A stretch of 64,000 nucleotides of DNA, from NCBI GenBank assembly GCA_965197475.1, contig CBDANF010000003.1, positions 736,001 through 800,000 on the forward strand. Reading direction: 5' to 3'. Of this stretch, positions 41,059-51,160 are shown piece after piece. This DNA comes from Candidatus Poribacteria bacterium. GTDB lineage: Bacteria > Poribacteria > WGA-4E > WGA-3G. The notes under the pieces were generated by a model. The model worked only from the letters and a program-made list of their open reading frames with translations. It did no database searches and was not told the origin of the DNA. Positions within the stretch are counted from its first letter, which is position 1. The number at the start of each line of letters is the position of its first letter. Made by a program: the position numbers and the translations under genes.

Positions 41059-43584
41059 ATGTGCCTAATGAAAACGACATACCAGTTTCTGACCATCTCA
41101 TTTTTAATTTTTGCACTAATTTTGCCGAATGTATCTGCTTCCGATTACACTAAATGGCACTTACCTGAAGGTGCAAAAGCACGTCTTGGTAAAGGCACTA
41201 TAAATGATATAACATATTTTCCTGACGGAAGTAAGATTGCTGTGGCGACTAATATCGGTATTTGGATTTACGATGCGAAAACTGGTAAAGAACTTGATCT
41301 GATTATAGGAAATACAGGGACAGTCAATAGTGTGTCCTTCTCTCCTGATGGGAACATCCTTGCTGGTGCAGGTAGTTATCCTGAAGGAACAGTTCGCTTA
41401 TGGAATGCTGCTACAATAGAGCATGTAGCTACTCTCATGGGACATTATGACAGTGTTACTTCTATTTCATATTCTCCAGATGGCAAAACAATCGCCAGTG
41501 TACATTCGGATGGCACGGTACGTTTATGGAACGCTGGCACCGCACAATACAAAACTTCCTTTAAATTAGGTTATCATACTATCAGCTCAGTTGTGTATTC
41601 CCCGGATGGTAAAACAATCGCCAGTGCAATAAGTGCAATAGAGGGTAATAACAATATTTGTTTTTGGGATGCTACTACAGGAAAACTTAAAGCCTCTTTT
41701 ACAGATCATACGGGCAGTGTTCGTTCAGTTGCATACTCCCCGGATGGTAAAACGATTGCTAGCGCAAGTGATGATAAGACAGTGCGCTTGTGGAATGCTA
41801 ACACAGGTGAACTGGAGATTTATCCACTCTTGGGGCATACGGATAGTGTCCGTTCAGTTGTGTATTCGCCCGATGGTAAAACGATTGCTAGCGCAAGTGA
41901 TGATAAGACAGTGCGCTTGTGGAATGCTAACACAGGTGAACTGGAGATTTATCCACTCTTGGGGCATACGGATAGTGTCCGTTCAGTTGTGTATTCGCCC
42001 GACGGCAAAACAATCGCTAGCGCAAGTGATGCCGAGGTTCGCTTGTGGGATGCTGCTACAGGGAAGCATAAAACCACTCTCATAGGGCATACTCCTAGCA
42101 GGGTTCATTCAGTTGTATATTCGCCCGATGGTAAAACGATTGCTAGCGCAAGTGATGCCGAGGTTCGCTTGTGGGATGCTGCCGAGGTTCGCTTGTGGGA
42201 TGCTGCTACAGGGAAGCATAAAACCACTCTCATAGAGCATACTGATACTGGTAGTGTCCATTCAGTTGTGTATTCGCCCGATGGTAAAACGATTGCTAGC
42301 GCAACTGATGCCGAGGTTCGCTTGTGGGATGCTGCTACAGAGAAACATAAATATTCCCCGGATGGTAAAACAATCGCTGGTAAAATAAGGTCCTATCCAA
42401 AAAGTAATGAAAAACTATTGGTCACTTTGAATTTGTCTTTGTGGGATGCTAATACAGGAAAATTGAAAACCAATTTTGTTACACCAGAGAAAGTTTCTAT
42501 TTTTCACATTGAGAGTGAGTACGCTTTTGCGTATTCCCCAGATGGTAGGACAATCGCTAACGGAAGGGAGGATGGCACTGTGCAATTGTGGGATATTACC
42601 ACAAGAAAACACAAAATTACTTTGAAAGGACATGCTAGTAGTGTCTGTTCCGTGGCATATTCACCTGATGGCAGAACAATTGCTAGTGCTGCTAGTGCAA
42701 GTTATGAGAAAGGTACTCCTTGTAGAGGTAAGTCCATTCGTCTTTGGGATACTGTTACAGGAAAACACAAAACTACCCTCACAGGGTATATTGGTGATAT
42801 TATTTGTATTGCATATTCTCCGGATGGTAAAATAATCGCTGGTGGAAACAGTAATGGGACCATTCTTTTATGGGATGTTAGTATGTTCGCCTCAAAAATT
42901 CCCGAGAAAGTTCCCACAGACACACAGCAATTGCCTACGCTACAAACTCCGTCAATGGTTTCTCAGCAGAAAACAGAAAACACTACTCAGCAAGCAAACG
43001 CCTCACTAACTCCTCAGCAAATTGCGGAAAAAGCATTAGCCTCTACAGTCCTGATCGTTATGGGAGATGCAAACGGCAAACCACTTAGTTCAGGCAGCGG
43101 TTTTTTTATCGAAAAGGGTTTGATCGTAACTAATCATCACGTTGTTGAAAAGGGAACAAGAGGAACTTATAAACAGGTTGGCAAGGATAAATGGTACAAC
43201 ATCACGGACACTGTCAAGATAGATAAGCAACGTGATTTAGTTATTCTTAAGGTCTCGGATATTGACGCGCCAGCACTTCCACTCGGAGACAGCAACGAGG
43301 TCCAGATTGGGCAGTCTGTTTACGCTGTGGGAAATCCAATTGGATTTTTGGAAGGCACATTCGCGCCGGGTTTTATTAGTAGTATACGTGGGAAAGAACC
43401 CAACAAAAGTATTCAGATTACCGCACCGGTTTCGCCAGGGAGCAGCGGGGGACCGCTCCTGAACGACAAAGGTCAAGTGATAGGTATTGTTGTGGGCGGT
43501 ATCACAGAGGGACAAAATCTAAATTTTGCGATACCTTCAAATTATCTCAAAGAATTGTTAGATAAAGTGAAAAATCGTAAATAA
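41059..43584 (+). CDS. Secreted WD40-repeat protein fused to a trypsin-like (HtrA-type) protease
   Basis: Signal peptide, LPEGAKARLGKG, about 13 YSPDG repeats, GSGF, TNHHV, RDL, SPGSSGGP. Confidence 0.9.
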   Translation: MCLMKTTYQFLTISFLIFALILPNVSASDYTKWHLPEGAKARLGKGTINDITYFPDGSKIAVATNIGIWIYDAKTGKELDLIIGNTGTVNSVSFSPDGNILAGAGSYPEGTVRLWNAATIEHVATLMGHYDSVTSISYSPDGKTIASVHSDGTVRLWNAGTAQYKTSFKLGYHTISSVVYSPDGKTIASAISAIEGNNNICFWDATTGKLKASFTDHTGSVRSVAYSPDGKTIASASDDKTVRLWNANTGELEIYPLLGHTDSVRSVVYSPDGKTIASASDDKTVRLWNANTGELEIYPLLGHTDSVRSVVYSPDGKTIASASDAEVRLWDAATGKHKTTLIGHTPSRVHSVVYSPDGKTIASASDAEVRLWDAAEVRLWDAATGKHKTTLIEHTDTGSVHSVVYSPDGKTIASATDAEVRLWDAATEKHKYSPDGKTIAGKIRSYPKSNEKLLVTLNLSLWDANTGKLKTNFVTPEKVSIFHIESEYAFAYSPDGRTIANGREDGTVQLWDITTRKHKITLKGHASSVCSVAYSPDGRTIASAASASYEKGTPCRGKSIRLWDTVTGKHKTTLTGYIGDIICIAYSPDGKIIAGGNSNGTILLWDVSMFASKIPEKVPTDTQQLPTLQTPSMVSQQKTENTTQQANASLTPQQIAEKALASTVLIVMGDANGKPLSSGSGFFIEKGLIVTNHHVVEKGTRGTYKQVGKDKWYNITDTVKIDKQRDLVILKVSDIDAPALPLGDSNEVQIGQSVYAVGNPIGFLEGTFAPGFISSIRGKEPNKSIQITAPVSPGSSGGPLLNDKGQVIGIVVGGITEGQNLNFAIPSNYLKELLDKVKNRK

Positions 43585-43654
43585 GACTTGTTGAAGTAAA
43601 CTCCAATCATAAAGGTGCGTGTTCTGAAATTAAAGCAAGCACGGTGTAAACAAG

Positions 43655-44080
43655 ATGAAAAATGTTTTTCTTTTTTCAGTCCTCTTTTGTGCAATCACGT
43701 TGCCAGTTTTTGGTCAGTTAACAGATACCGATCTCAATAAAATTCGATTGATTATCAGTGAGGAAATCAAGAAAGAAAGTTCTACAACTAACAAAAAGAT
43801 TGACGCGTTAGATGCTAAAATTGACACGTTAGATACTCGGATTCAGAATGTAGAGAAAGATGTTGCATGGGTACGCGGAAAACTTGATGGCATTGATAAA
43901 CAGATCGCGCACGCAACAAATATCACTTATGGACTAATAGCATTCATAGTCGCAGCTGTAGCAGTCCCACAAATTCTCATCGCGTTGCGCAGCGGAAGGG
44001 ATCGCGCCCTCGAAAGACAGGTTGAAACGCTCACACGAGAAGTCGAAACGCTAAAGCAACAACGAATTGTTAACCCTTGA
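43655..44080 (+). CDS. Hypothetical protein (signal peptide, coiled coil, TM segment)
   Basis: Hydrophobic N-terminus, heptad IDALDAKIDTLD, ITYGLIAFIVAAVAVP. Confidence 0.7.
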   Translation: MKNVFLFSVLFCAITLPVFGQLTDTDLNKIRLIISEEIKKESSTTNKKIDALDAKIDTLDTRIQNVEKDVAWVRGKLDGIDKQIAHATNITYGLIAFIVAAVAVPQILIALRSGRDRALERQVETLTREVETLKQQRIVNP

Positions 44081-44119
44081 AAATCACAACTATGAAATAT
44101 TCTGAAGGAGGAATACAAA

Positions 44120-45538
44120 ATGGCAGCCCCTGAAACGAGACAAATTGACGATATCGGGATGAGTAAAGATTATAAATACGGGTTCCACGATGATCGTAAG
44201 CCAACGTTTAAATCCCGAAAAGGATTGGACGAGGAAGTCATCAATCAGATGTGCGACATCAAAGAGGAACCGGATTGGATGCGTCAGTATAGGCTTGAAG
44301 CATATAAAATCTTTAAGCAGAAACCAATGACGAAATGGGGTGGCGATCTTTCGCAGCTCGATTTTGACGACATCTACTACTACGTCAAAGCCTCTGACCG
44401 AAGCGAACGCAGTTGGGATGATGTGCCGGATGACATCAAGAAAACCTTCGATCGGCTCGGTATACCAGAAGCAGAACGGAAGTTCCTCGCTGGGGTCGGT
44501 GCACAATACGATTCTGAGGTAGTTTACCATAGCATCGCTGAAGAATTGGATAAAATTGGCGTCATTTTCGTTGATACGGATACTGCTGTCAAAGAATATC
44601 CTGACCTTGTGAAGAAATACTTTGGAACTATTATTCCATCCGCTGATAATCAATTCGCCGCGCTGAACAGTGCTGCCTGGAGTGGTGGTAGTTTTGTTTA
44701 TGTTCCCCCTGGTGTAAAGGTTGAATACCCGCTGCAAGCCTATTTCCGAATCAACACCGAAAACATGGGGCAGTTTGAACGCACGCTCATCATCGCTGAC
44801 GAAGGTTCACAGGTGCATTATGTTGAAGGCTGCACTGCGCCGACATTTAGCAGTGAATCCTTACATAGCGCAGTCGTTGAGATTGTCTGCATGAAAGGTT
44901 CGCGGGTGCGCTACACAACTATCCAGAATTGGGCAGATAATGTATACAATCTCGTTACCAAACGTGCGCTTGCTTACCAAGACGCGCAGATGGAATGGGT
45001 TGATGGCAATCTCGGTAGTAAGTTGACGATGAAGTATCCGAGTGTCTACATGATGGAACCCGGTGCGCGGGGAGAAATTCTCTCCATTGCGTTTGCACGC
45101 AAAGGACAGCATCAGGATGCGGGTGCCAAAGTCTTCCATTGCGCGCCACACACCACATCTCAGATTACGTCAAAGTCCATCAGTAAAGATGGCGGACGTT
45201 CCAGTTATCGTGGCTGGGTTGATGTCGCGAAGGGCGCAAAGGGCTGCAAATCGCATGTCGTTTGTGATGCTCTCCTCCTTGATAAAGACTCACGTTCCGA
45301 TACCTATCCGGTCATCGAAATTAATGAAAACGATACCAACATTGAACACGAGGCGCGTGTTAGCAAAATCGGTGAAGAGCAGCTCTTCTATCTGATGAGC
45401 CGTGGGCTTTCGGAAGAGGAAGCATCTACCATGATTGTCAACGGATTCATTGAACCGCTTGTCAAAGAGCTTCCGATGGAATATGCTGTTGAGATGAACC
45501 GCCTCATCCAACTTCAGATGGAAGGTTCAGTCGGATAA
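44120..45538 (+). CDS. sufB: Fe-S assembly protein SufB
   Basis: [44 protein letters not shown]. Confidence 0.98.
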   Translation: MAAPETRQIDDIGMSKDYKYGFHDDRKPTFKSRKGLDEEVINQMCDIKEEPDWMRQYRLEAYKIFKQKPMTKWGGDLSQLDFDDIYYYVKASDRSERSWDDVPDDIKKTFDRLGIPEAERKFLAGVGAQYDSEVVYHSIAEELDKIGVIFVDTDTAVKEYPDLVKKYFGTIIPSADNQFAALNSAAWSGGSFVYVPPGVKVEYPLQAYFRINTENMGQFERTLIIADEGSQVHYVEGCTAPTFSSESLHSAVVEIVCMKGSRVRYTTIQNWADNVYNLVTKRALAYQDAQMEWVDGNLGSKLTMKYPSVYMMEPGARGEILSIAFARKGQHQDAGAKVFHCAPHTTSQITSKSISKDGGRSSYRGWVDVAKGAKGCKSHVVCDALLLDKDSRSDTYPVIEINENDTNIEHEARVSKIGEEQLFYLMSRGLSEEEASTMIVNGFIEPLVKELPMEYAVEMNRLIQLQMEGSVG

Positions 45539-45637
45539 TACGAGGCGTTGTAGGGCGAGGTCTCCGGTGAATGCCATAAGCGCGTTCATACCGTTGATTT
45601 GGTGCCTCAGCCTTACTTCCCTTGAGGGAACAAAAAA

Positions 45638-46999
45638 TTGCAAACAGGTGATTTTTCAAAAGATTTTGTTAAGAAAATAGCACGGGCCGAACCGCAGTGG
45701 ATGCGTGAAAGGCGGTTGGAGGCATACTCACTTTATGAGTCGTTGCCGATGCCACATACCACTGAAGATGATGTATGGCGGCGCACCGTTGATATGCGTA
45801 CCCAAGATTACTGGCGGCGAACTCGGCGATTTCTCCGTGGATTCGCAGTCGAAAATTATCATCCCGCTGCCAAAATGAATGGAGGCGCGTCGGTTGAAGT
45901 GCCTAAAGATTTTGAGGATGCTGCGGGTGGACTTGTCCAAATAGATGGACAATCGCAACACGCCTCTATATCCGCAGAACTTGAAAAAAAGGATGTCTAT
46001 TTCGCTGACCTTCACACAGCACTAAAAGAGCGCGGCGAACTGCTCCGTGACTACTTTATGACAAAGGCGGTCACATTAGAAACTATGTTAAAAAGTGGGA
46101 ATCTCGCCACTCAGAACGCGTTTGATGCACTCCATGGCGCGTTTTGGCAGGGAGGTTACGTTCTACACGTCCCGAAAGGCGTGAGGGTCGAAATTCCACT
46201 GCGGGTTTATATCAGACTCGCCGAAGAACAACACGCGGATCTGTCACATACGCTCATCATCGCTGAAGAAAACAGTGAAGTTGTGATTTTGGAAGATAAT
46301 TCGTCAGCTAACCAAGATGCGGGTGGTTTTCACTGCGGGGCAGTTGAGATTTTCGCAGGGCAGAATGCAAATGTTACTTATGTGCAGGTTCAAAACTGGA
46401 ATCGGCAGGTATGGAATTTCGCGTCTCACCGAGCAATGGTGGGTAAAGATGCACAACTCACATGGGTAACAGCCGCTTTTGGCGGTAGATTGAACAAGTT
46501 GAACCAGGCGATTGTCTTAGAAGGGAACGGGGCGAACGCGCAAATGTTAGGATTGGCTTTTACCGATGCGCGACAACACTTAGACGTAAGCACAGCACAA
46601 GAACACGTTTCACCCTATACCTCCAGCGATCTGCTATATAGGGTTGTCCTAAAAGATAGATCACAAACAGCCTGGGGTGGCAATATCTATGTGTATCCAA
46701 CGGCAAATTATACTGATGCGTATCAGAAAAATGATAATCTGTTGCTGAGCGAACGCGCCCATGCAGATACCCTGCCGGGATTGGAAATTCAGGCACATGA
46801 GGTCCGTTGCACACACGGTGCCACTGCTGGCAAGATTGATGCTGATCAAGTTTTCTACTTGATGAGTCGTGGAATACCTTACGCACAAGCTGAAAAACTG
46901 ATTGTTGATGGGTTTTTTCAACCCGTTATGGATCGAATCCCTATGGAATCGGTCCGAGAAGAACTGCAAGAATTTGTCTCACGCAAGTTAGAAACATAA
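45638..46999 (+). CDS. sufD: Fe-S assembly protein SufD
   Basis: TDAYQKNDNLLL, PGLEI, VRCTHGAT, FYLMSRGI. Confidence 0.95.
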   Translation: MQTGDFSKDFVKKIARAEPQWMRERRLEAYSLYESLPMPHTTEDDVWRRTVDMRTQDYWRRTRRFLRGFAVENYHPAAKMNGGASVEVPKDFEDAAGGLVQIDGQSQHASISAELEKKDVYFADLHTALKERGELLRDYFMTKAVTLETMLKSGNLATQNAFDALHGAFWQGGYVLHVPKGVRVEIPLRVYIRLAEEQHADLSHTLIIAEENSEVVILEDNSSANQDAGGFHCGAVEIFAGQNANVTYVQVQNWNRQVWNFASHRAMVGKDAQLTWVTAAFGGRLNKLNQAIVLEGNGANAQMLGLAFTDARQHLDVSTAQEHVSPYTSSDLLYRVVLKDRSQTAWGGNIYVYPTANYTDAYQKNDNLLLSERAHADTLPGLEIQAHEVRCTHGATAGKIDADQVFYLMSRGIPYAQAEKLIVDGFFQPVMDRIPMESVREELQEFVSRKLET

Positions 47000-47041
47000 C
47001 AAAACGAAGCGCGTCATAAGACGTTGCCACAATAAAAAGGA

Positions 47042-47161
47042 CAGAATTTACGCATTCCCCCTCGATAAGGGGGTTAGGGGTTAAAAAATCGTTATTTTAG
47101 CTATTTAACCCCCTAAATCCCCCTTATCAAGGGGACTTTAAGAGGAAATGCGTAAGTCCTG
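47042..47161. mobile_element. MITE family A, copy 3
   Basis: CAGAATTTACGCA...TGCGTAAGTCCTG; 5-bp AAGGA duplication coinciding with the grx RBS. Confidence 0.85.
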
Positions 47162-47176
47162 AAGGAGTAACCAACA

Positions 47177-47518
47177 ATGAATCAACCCAAAATTATCGCC
47201 TATATGAAACCTGTCTGTGGCTGGAGCAACGGTGTCCGTGCCATATTCGACAAATATAATTTGGAATATGAAGACAGAGATATTATCAACAACGAAGACA
47301 ACTATCGTGAAATGGTTCAGAAGACACGGCAACCTTACCAACCGTCTGTCCAGATTGATGACATCATACTTGCCGATGTCAGCGGCGACGAAGTGGAAGC
47401 ATATCTGCTTGAGGAAGGCATTGTGACCACTAATGATGCCGAAACGGATGTCCCAACTGATCAGGCATGCGAAAGCCACGATACAGCTCCTGTCAATATC
47501 GGCTTCCCGAGCAGGTAA
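47177..47518 (+). CDS. Monothiol glutaredoxin-like protein (CGWS)
   Basis: YMKPVCGWS, QPSVQI, DVSGDE. Confidence 0.85.
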   Translation: MNQPKIIAYMKPVCGWSNGVRAIFDKYNLEYEDRDIINNEDNYREMVQKTRQPYQPSVQIDDIILADVSGDEVEAYLLEEGIVTTNDAETDVPTDQACESHDTAPVNIGFPSR

Positions 47519-47622
47519 ATCTATTTCATAGAAATACAATGGTATGCGCGCTTTCTAAGCGCGCATATATTGAGGTTAACTTGTAGGTTAGATAGAGCGA
47601 AGCGAAACTAACAAACCGATAA

Positions 47623-48027
47623 GTGATAGCGAACAAGGATAGAATTATGTGTAACGACGATTATGTATATGGCGACGACTATTTAGATGAACCTATAGAC
47701 CCAGGCGAACGCGCGCTTGAAAGGAGAAAGCATGCACTACGCGCGTTGAATGAAGGAGGCGTGTTTATTGGACTAACGTTATGTACAACTCAATCATTAA
47801 GAGAACAATTAGATTGCTTTCTACTTAAGCCTCCCCTTTCACAGATGTTTTTGAGCGAACGCGAGATACATCATTTGTTAGAGCATGGTTATATTCCAGG
47901 TAAGGATATCATCCTAAATGTTGATTCCTTCTTGATAGATGAACCAAGTATTGATGGTGTTCGCCCACCTTTGATTGTTGAATACTTCGGTTATAAACAT
48001 GAGTGGTCTGATCCATCTGAATTATGA
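47623..48027 (+). CDS. Hypothetical protein flanked by inverted REP copies
   Basis: 134-aa ORF (start possibly ATG 47647); no family recognised. Confidence 0.55.
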   Translation: MIANKDRIMCNDDYVYGDDYLDEPIDPGERALERRKHALRALNEGGVFIGLTLCTTQSLREQLDCFLLKPPLSQMFLSEREIHHLLEHGYIPGKDIILNVDSFLIDEPSIDGVRPPLIVEYFGYKHEWSDPSEL

Positions 48028-48197
48028 ATGACGCGGATTATGTTGGGTTTCGCAAGCTCAACCCAACCTACGGACTACTGGAACACTAGAAAACTACCCT
48101 TTTAATCGATTCAATAACAAAAAGGTAAAATTCTTTAGCTAACATCAATACGAATTATCGGTTGTACTACTCAGGATCATCAGTTTAAATTTTTCTG

Positions 48198-48782
48198 TTG
48201 AGGACATTTACAAACTTCATTAAAAAGGAGCTTATTTTCATGGATACGAAAGAAAAGGAAAGTAAATTTTGCGAAGAACAAATCGCAAAATTAAAGGATA
48301 AAAAGAAATTTTACAAATCTAAAATCGATGCTTATGCAAAACCTGGCAAAGCAAAAGATTATCACTATCGGGCACGAGCGAAGGTTGAACTTGCAGAGCT
48401 GCCTGATTTCATCATGGCAGAGTTAGAAAAAAGACAGAAATATGAATCTGCAATTCAAGATTTAGACGAAGCCATAAAAGGTGAAAAGGATGATTATCAT
48501 CAAATGTGGAATTATCACCTCCGGGCAAAAGCAAAGGTTGAACTTGGAAAACGCGAATCTGCAATTAACGATTTAAACAAAGCTTTACAACTTTATCCAG
48601 ATGAACATGGTCGAATGTGGAACTATCACCTCCAGGCACGAGTATATTGTGATCTTGGACTCTTTGAATGTGCATCTGCAGACATAGAAGAGGCTGAAAA
48701 GATAGACCCGGTTGAATATCAAAATAACGAATTAAAAAAAAGGATTTTAAGAAAACGGAATGAAGAAGATAGATCGGATTGA
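48198..48782 (+). CDS. TPR-repeat protein
   Basis: Repeats YH.RA.AKVELG..ESAI.DL..A; probable start ATG 48240 after AGGAG. Confidence 0.75.
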   Translation: MRTFTNFIKKELIFMDTKEKESKFCEEQIAKLKDKKKFYKSKIDAYAKPGKAKDYHYRARAKVELAELPDFIMAELEKRQKYESAIQDLDEAIKGEKDDYHQMWNYHLRAKAKVELGKRESAINDLNKALQLYPDEHGRMWNYHLQARVYCDLGLFECASADIEEAEKIDPVEYQNNELKKRILRKRNEEDRSD

Positions 48783-50314
48783 TAATGAACACCCTATACT
48801 TCGGTGATAACCTTGAAGTCATGCGAGAAATGGGCGACCAAAACGTCGACCTAATCTGCACCGATCCGCCCTTCAACAGTGGACGCGATTACAACGCGTT
48901 CCTGACCGACTCGCTGGCACAATCCAAAGCGTTTACGGATACATGGACATGGGACGATCCCGCAAAAGATTCCCGTGCCGACATAGAAAGACGCGCCCTC
49001 ACCAGCGACACTTACAAAGCACTGGACACCTGCCTGAAAGGATATGATCTTGTGCTGCAAAATGCGGTGTCCGGGAATAAAGGGTCAATGCGTGCGTATC
49101 TGACATTTATGGGCCCGCGGCTAGCGGAGATGCACCGCATCCTCAAAGACACAGGGAGCATCTATCTACACTGCGATCCGACCGCAAGCCATTACCTCAA
49201 GGGCGTGATGGACGCAATCTGGGATCAGAGGAATCGAAAGAAAAATGAACATTTTCGAAATGAAATTGTATGGTCATATCAACGCTGGACAGGTGCGACA
49301 AAACATTTTCAAAGAATGCATGATATTATTCTGTTTTATGGTCAAGATAATCAGTTAGCGAAGTTCAATATATTAACAGAACCATATAGTGAGAAATCCA
49401 AACACCAGGGAAAGAGACATACAACTTTTCAAGATGATGGAAGTATAGAACAAGTTTATACAGGAGACACCAGCCGGGAAAAAGCAATGCGAGACGTTTG
49501 GGAAATCTCTTACCTAAATTCCCAATCCAAAGAACGCCTCGGTTACCCCACACAAAAACCGCGCGCCCTCTATGAACGGATGATCCGAGCCTCCAGCAAC
49601 GAAGGCGATCTCGTCATGGATCCCTTTGCCGGTTGTGGTACAACAATAGACGCAGCACACACGCTCAATCGGTTCTGGATAGGAATTGACCTCACAATTC
49701 TCTCGCTTGACCCGATGCGCCGCCGCCTTGCAGACAGGCACGGCTTGGAACCGTCAAAAGACTACGAAATCCACGGCTACCCGACAAATATGCAAGAAGT
49801 ACGCATGCTTGTCCGTGACGAAAAGAAATATCACGACTTCTCTAACTGGGCAGTTACACGGCTCGGTCTCCAACCGACAAAATCTGTTGGCGATGGCGGT
49901 AGGGATGGCGAGGCAGAGGTCGGGCATATCACGCTCTGGGACCCGGAGGAAGGAGAAACCACAAACACGCGGATATTTGCTGAAGTCAAAAGCGGTAAAC
50001 CCACTATTGATCAAGTCAAGTCATTCTGCCGCACAATGGATAAACACAATGCGATCGGTGTCTTTATTACGATTGAGTCTGTCAGTGCTGGCATGCGTCA
50101 AGAAGCAGCGGATATGGGCACGTTCTTACATAACAACGAGACTTTTCCAAAACTACAGTTCTGGCAGATAGACGATGCCTATTTTGAAAATCCGAGTTCT
50201 CTGCGGAGTCTTATCCGTTTACCGAAGCAGTGGCTTGAACCGATGCGGAAGATGGAACGGCATTTTACGGATGCACAGATGTCTCTCCTTAATCTGCGTG
50301 GGAATGTCGATTAA
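48779..50314 (+). CDS. Beta-class amino-DNA methyltransferase fused to an Mrr-like nuclease domain
   Basis: DPPF, GSIYLHCD, YPTQKP, DPFAGCGT; C-terminal GDGGRDG..AEVKSG. Confidence 0.9.
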   Translation: MIMNTLYFGDNLEVMREMGDQNVDLICTDPPFNSGRDYNAFLTDSLAQSKAFTDTWTWDDPAKDSRADIERRALTSDTYKALDTCLKGYDLVLQNAVSGNKGSMRAYLTFMGPRLAEMHRILKDTGSIYLHCDPTASHYLKGVMDAIWDQRNRKKNEHFRNEIVWSYQRWTGATKHFQRMHDIILFYGQDNQLAKFNILTEPYSEKSKHQGKRHTTFQDDGSIEQVYTGDTSREKAMRDVWEISYLNSQSKERLGYPTQKPRALYERMIRASSNEGDLVMDPFAGCGTTIDAAHTLNRFWIGIDLTILSLDPMRRRLADRHGLEPSKDYEIHGYPTNMQEVRMLVRDEKKYHDFSNWAVTRLGLQPTKSVGDGGRDGEAEVGHITLWDPEEGETTNTRIFAEVKSGKPTIDQVKSFCRTMDKHNAIGVFITIESVSAGMRQEAADMGTFLHNNETFPKLQFWQIDDAYFENPSSLRSLIRLPKQWLEPMRKMERHFTDAQMSLLNLRGNVD

Positions 50315-50326
50315 ACGGAGAAAATC

Positions 50327-51133
50327 ATGGATACCGTAAACGACTTTGAAATCAAACAGAGAAAGTATATGCCCATCTTTCCAAAAGCGAGTGGCAAACC
50401 GACTGTGTACATTAAAGGTTATCCGTGTGAGGACGACGAACCTATGGCTGAAACCGATTTTCACGCTGAACAGATAACCACGTTATCCGACCAACTCAAG
50501 CGATATTTCGCAATCAACGAGCTGGTTCACATCGCCGTTGACAGTTTTATCTATTATCGCGAAGGCGACATCACAAAATGTGTCGTCCCTGATATCCACA
50601 TCGTGTTTGGTGTTGAGAAATACCCCCTACGCCGCAGTTTCTATACGTGGGCGGAGGGTGCAGCACCCGTTGCTGTTTTTGAGTTTCTTTCTGATTCAAC
50701 AGCACATCAGGATCGGAATGAAAAAGTTGCGTTGTATCTAAATGATATAGGTGTTCAGGAATACTTTATCCATCAACCGGAATTGAAGAAACCAGCGGAG
50801 TTTCGTGGGTGGAAGCGGAATCCATCGGGTAACATCGTTGAGATAGTGTCGGATGCGGAAGGCGGCTTGTTCAGCAAAGCGTTAAATCTCTGGTTTCGGT
50901 GGAAGGAGGATCAGACGACACACGTGAGACTTTTACGTCCATATCTGCCTGACGGCACACCGATTACAACTTCTATGGAAGAACAACATCTTAAAGAGGT
51001 GGCAGAGGCACGGGCAGAGGAAGAGGCACAACGACGACAAGAAGCAGAGGCACTTGTTGAAGAAGAAAAACAGCGTCGACAGGAATTAGAAGCGGAGATA
51101 GAACGACTCCAAGCACAACTTGCGAACCGTTAA
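50327..51133 (+). CDS. Uma2-family protein with coiled-coil tail
   Basis: PMAETDFH, VPDI, FEFLSDST, EYFI; AEARAEEEAQRRQEAE. Confidence 0.88.
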   Translation: MDTVNDFEIKQRKYMPIFPKASGKPTVYIKGYPCEDDEPMAETDFHAEQITTLSDQLKRYFAINELVHIAVDSFIYYREGDITKCVVPDIHIVFGVEKYPLRRSFYTWAEGAAPVAVFEFLSDSTAHQDRNEKVALYLNDIGVQEYFIHQPELKKPAEFRGWKRNPSGNIVEIVSDAEGGLFSKALNLWFRWKEDQTTHVRLLRPYLPDGTPITTSMEEQHLKEVAEARAEEEAQRRQEAEALVEEEKQRRQELEAEIERLQAQLANR

Positions 51134-51160
51134 AAGATAATTGAATCTGTTGGATCTAAT

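Noticed and set aside
41700-42400. Regular DNA repeats suggesting CRISPR or DGR template/variable repeats
   Set aside because: They are in-frame WD40 blades; there is no adenine-specific mismatch pattern and no reverse transcriptase.
44090-44737. Long antisense ORFs (215 aa opposite sufB, 168 aa opposite the transposase) and the 195-aa alternative-frame ORF at 24633
   Set aside because: Shadow frames of well-supported genes, with no motifs or RBS.
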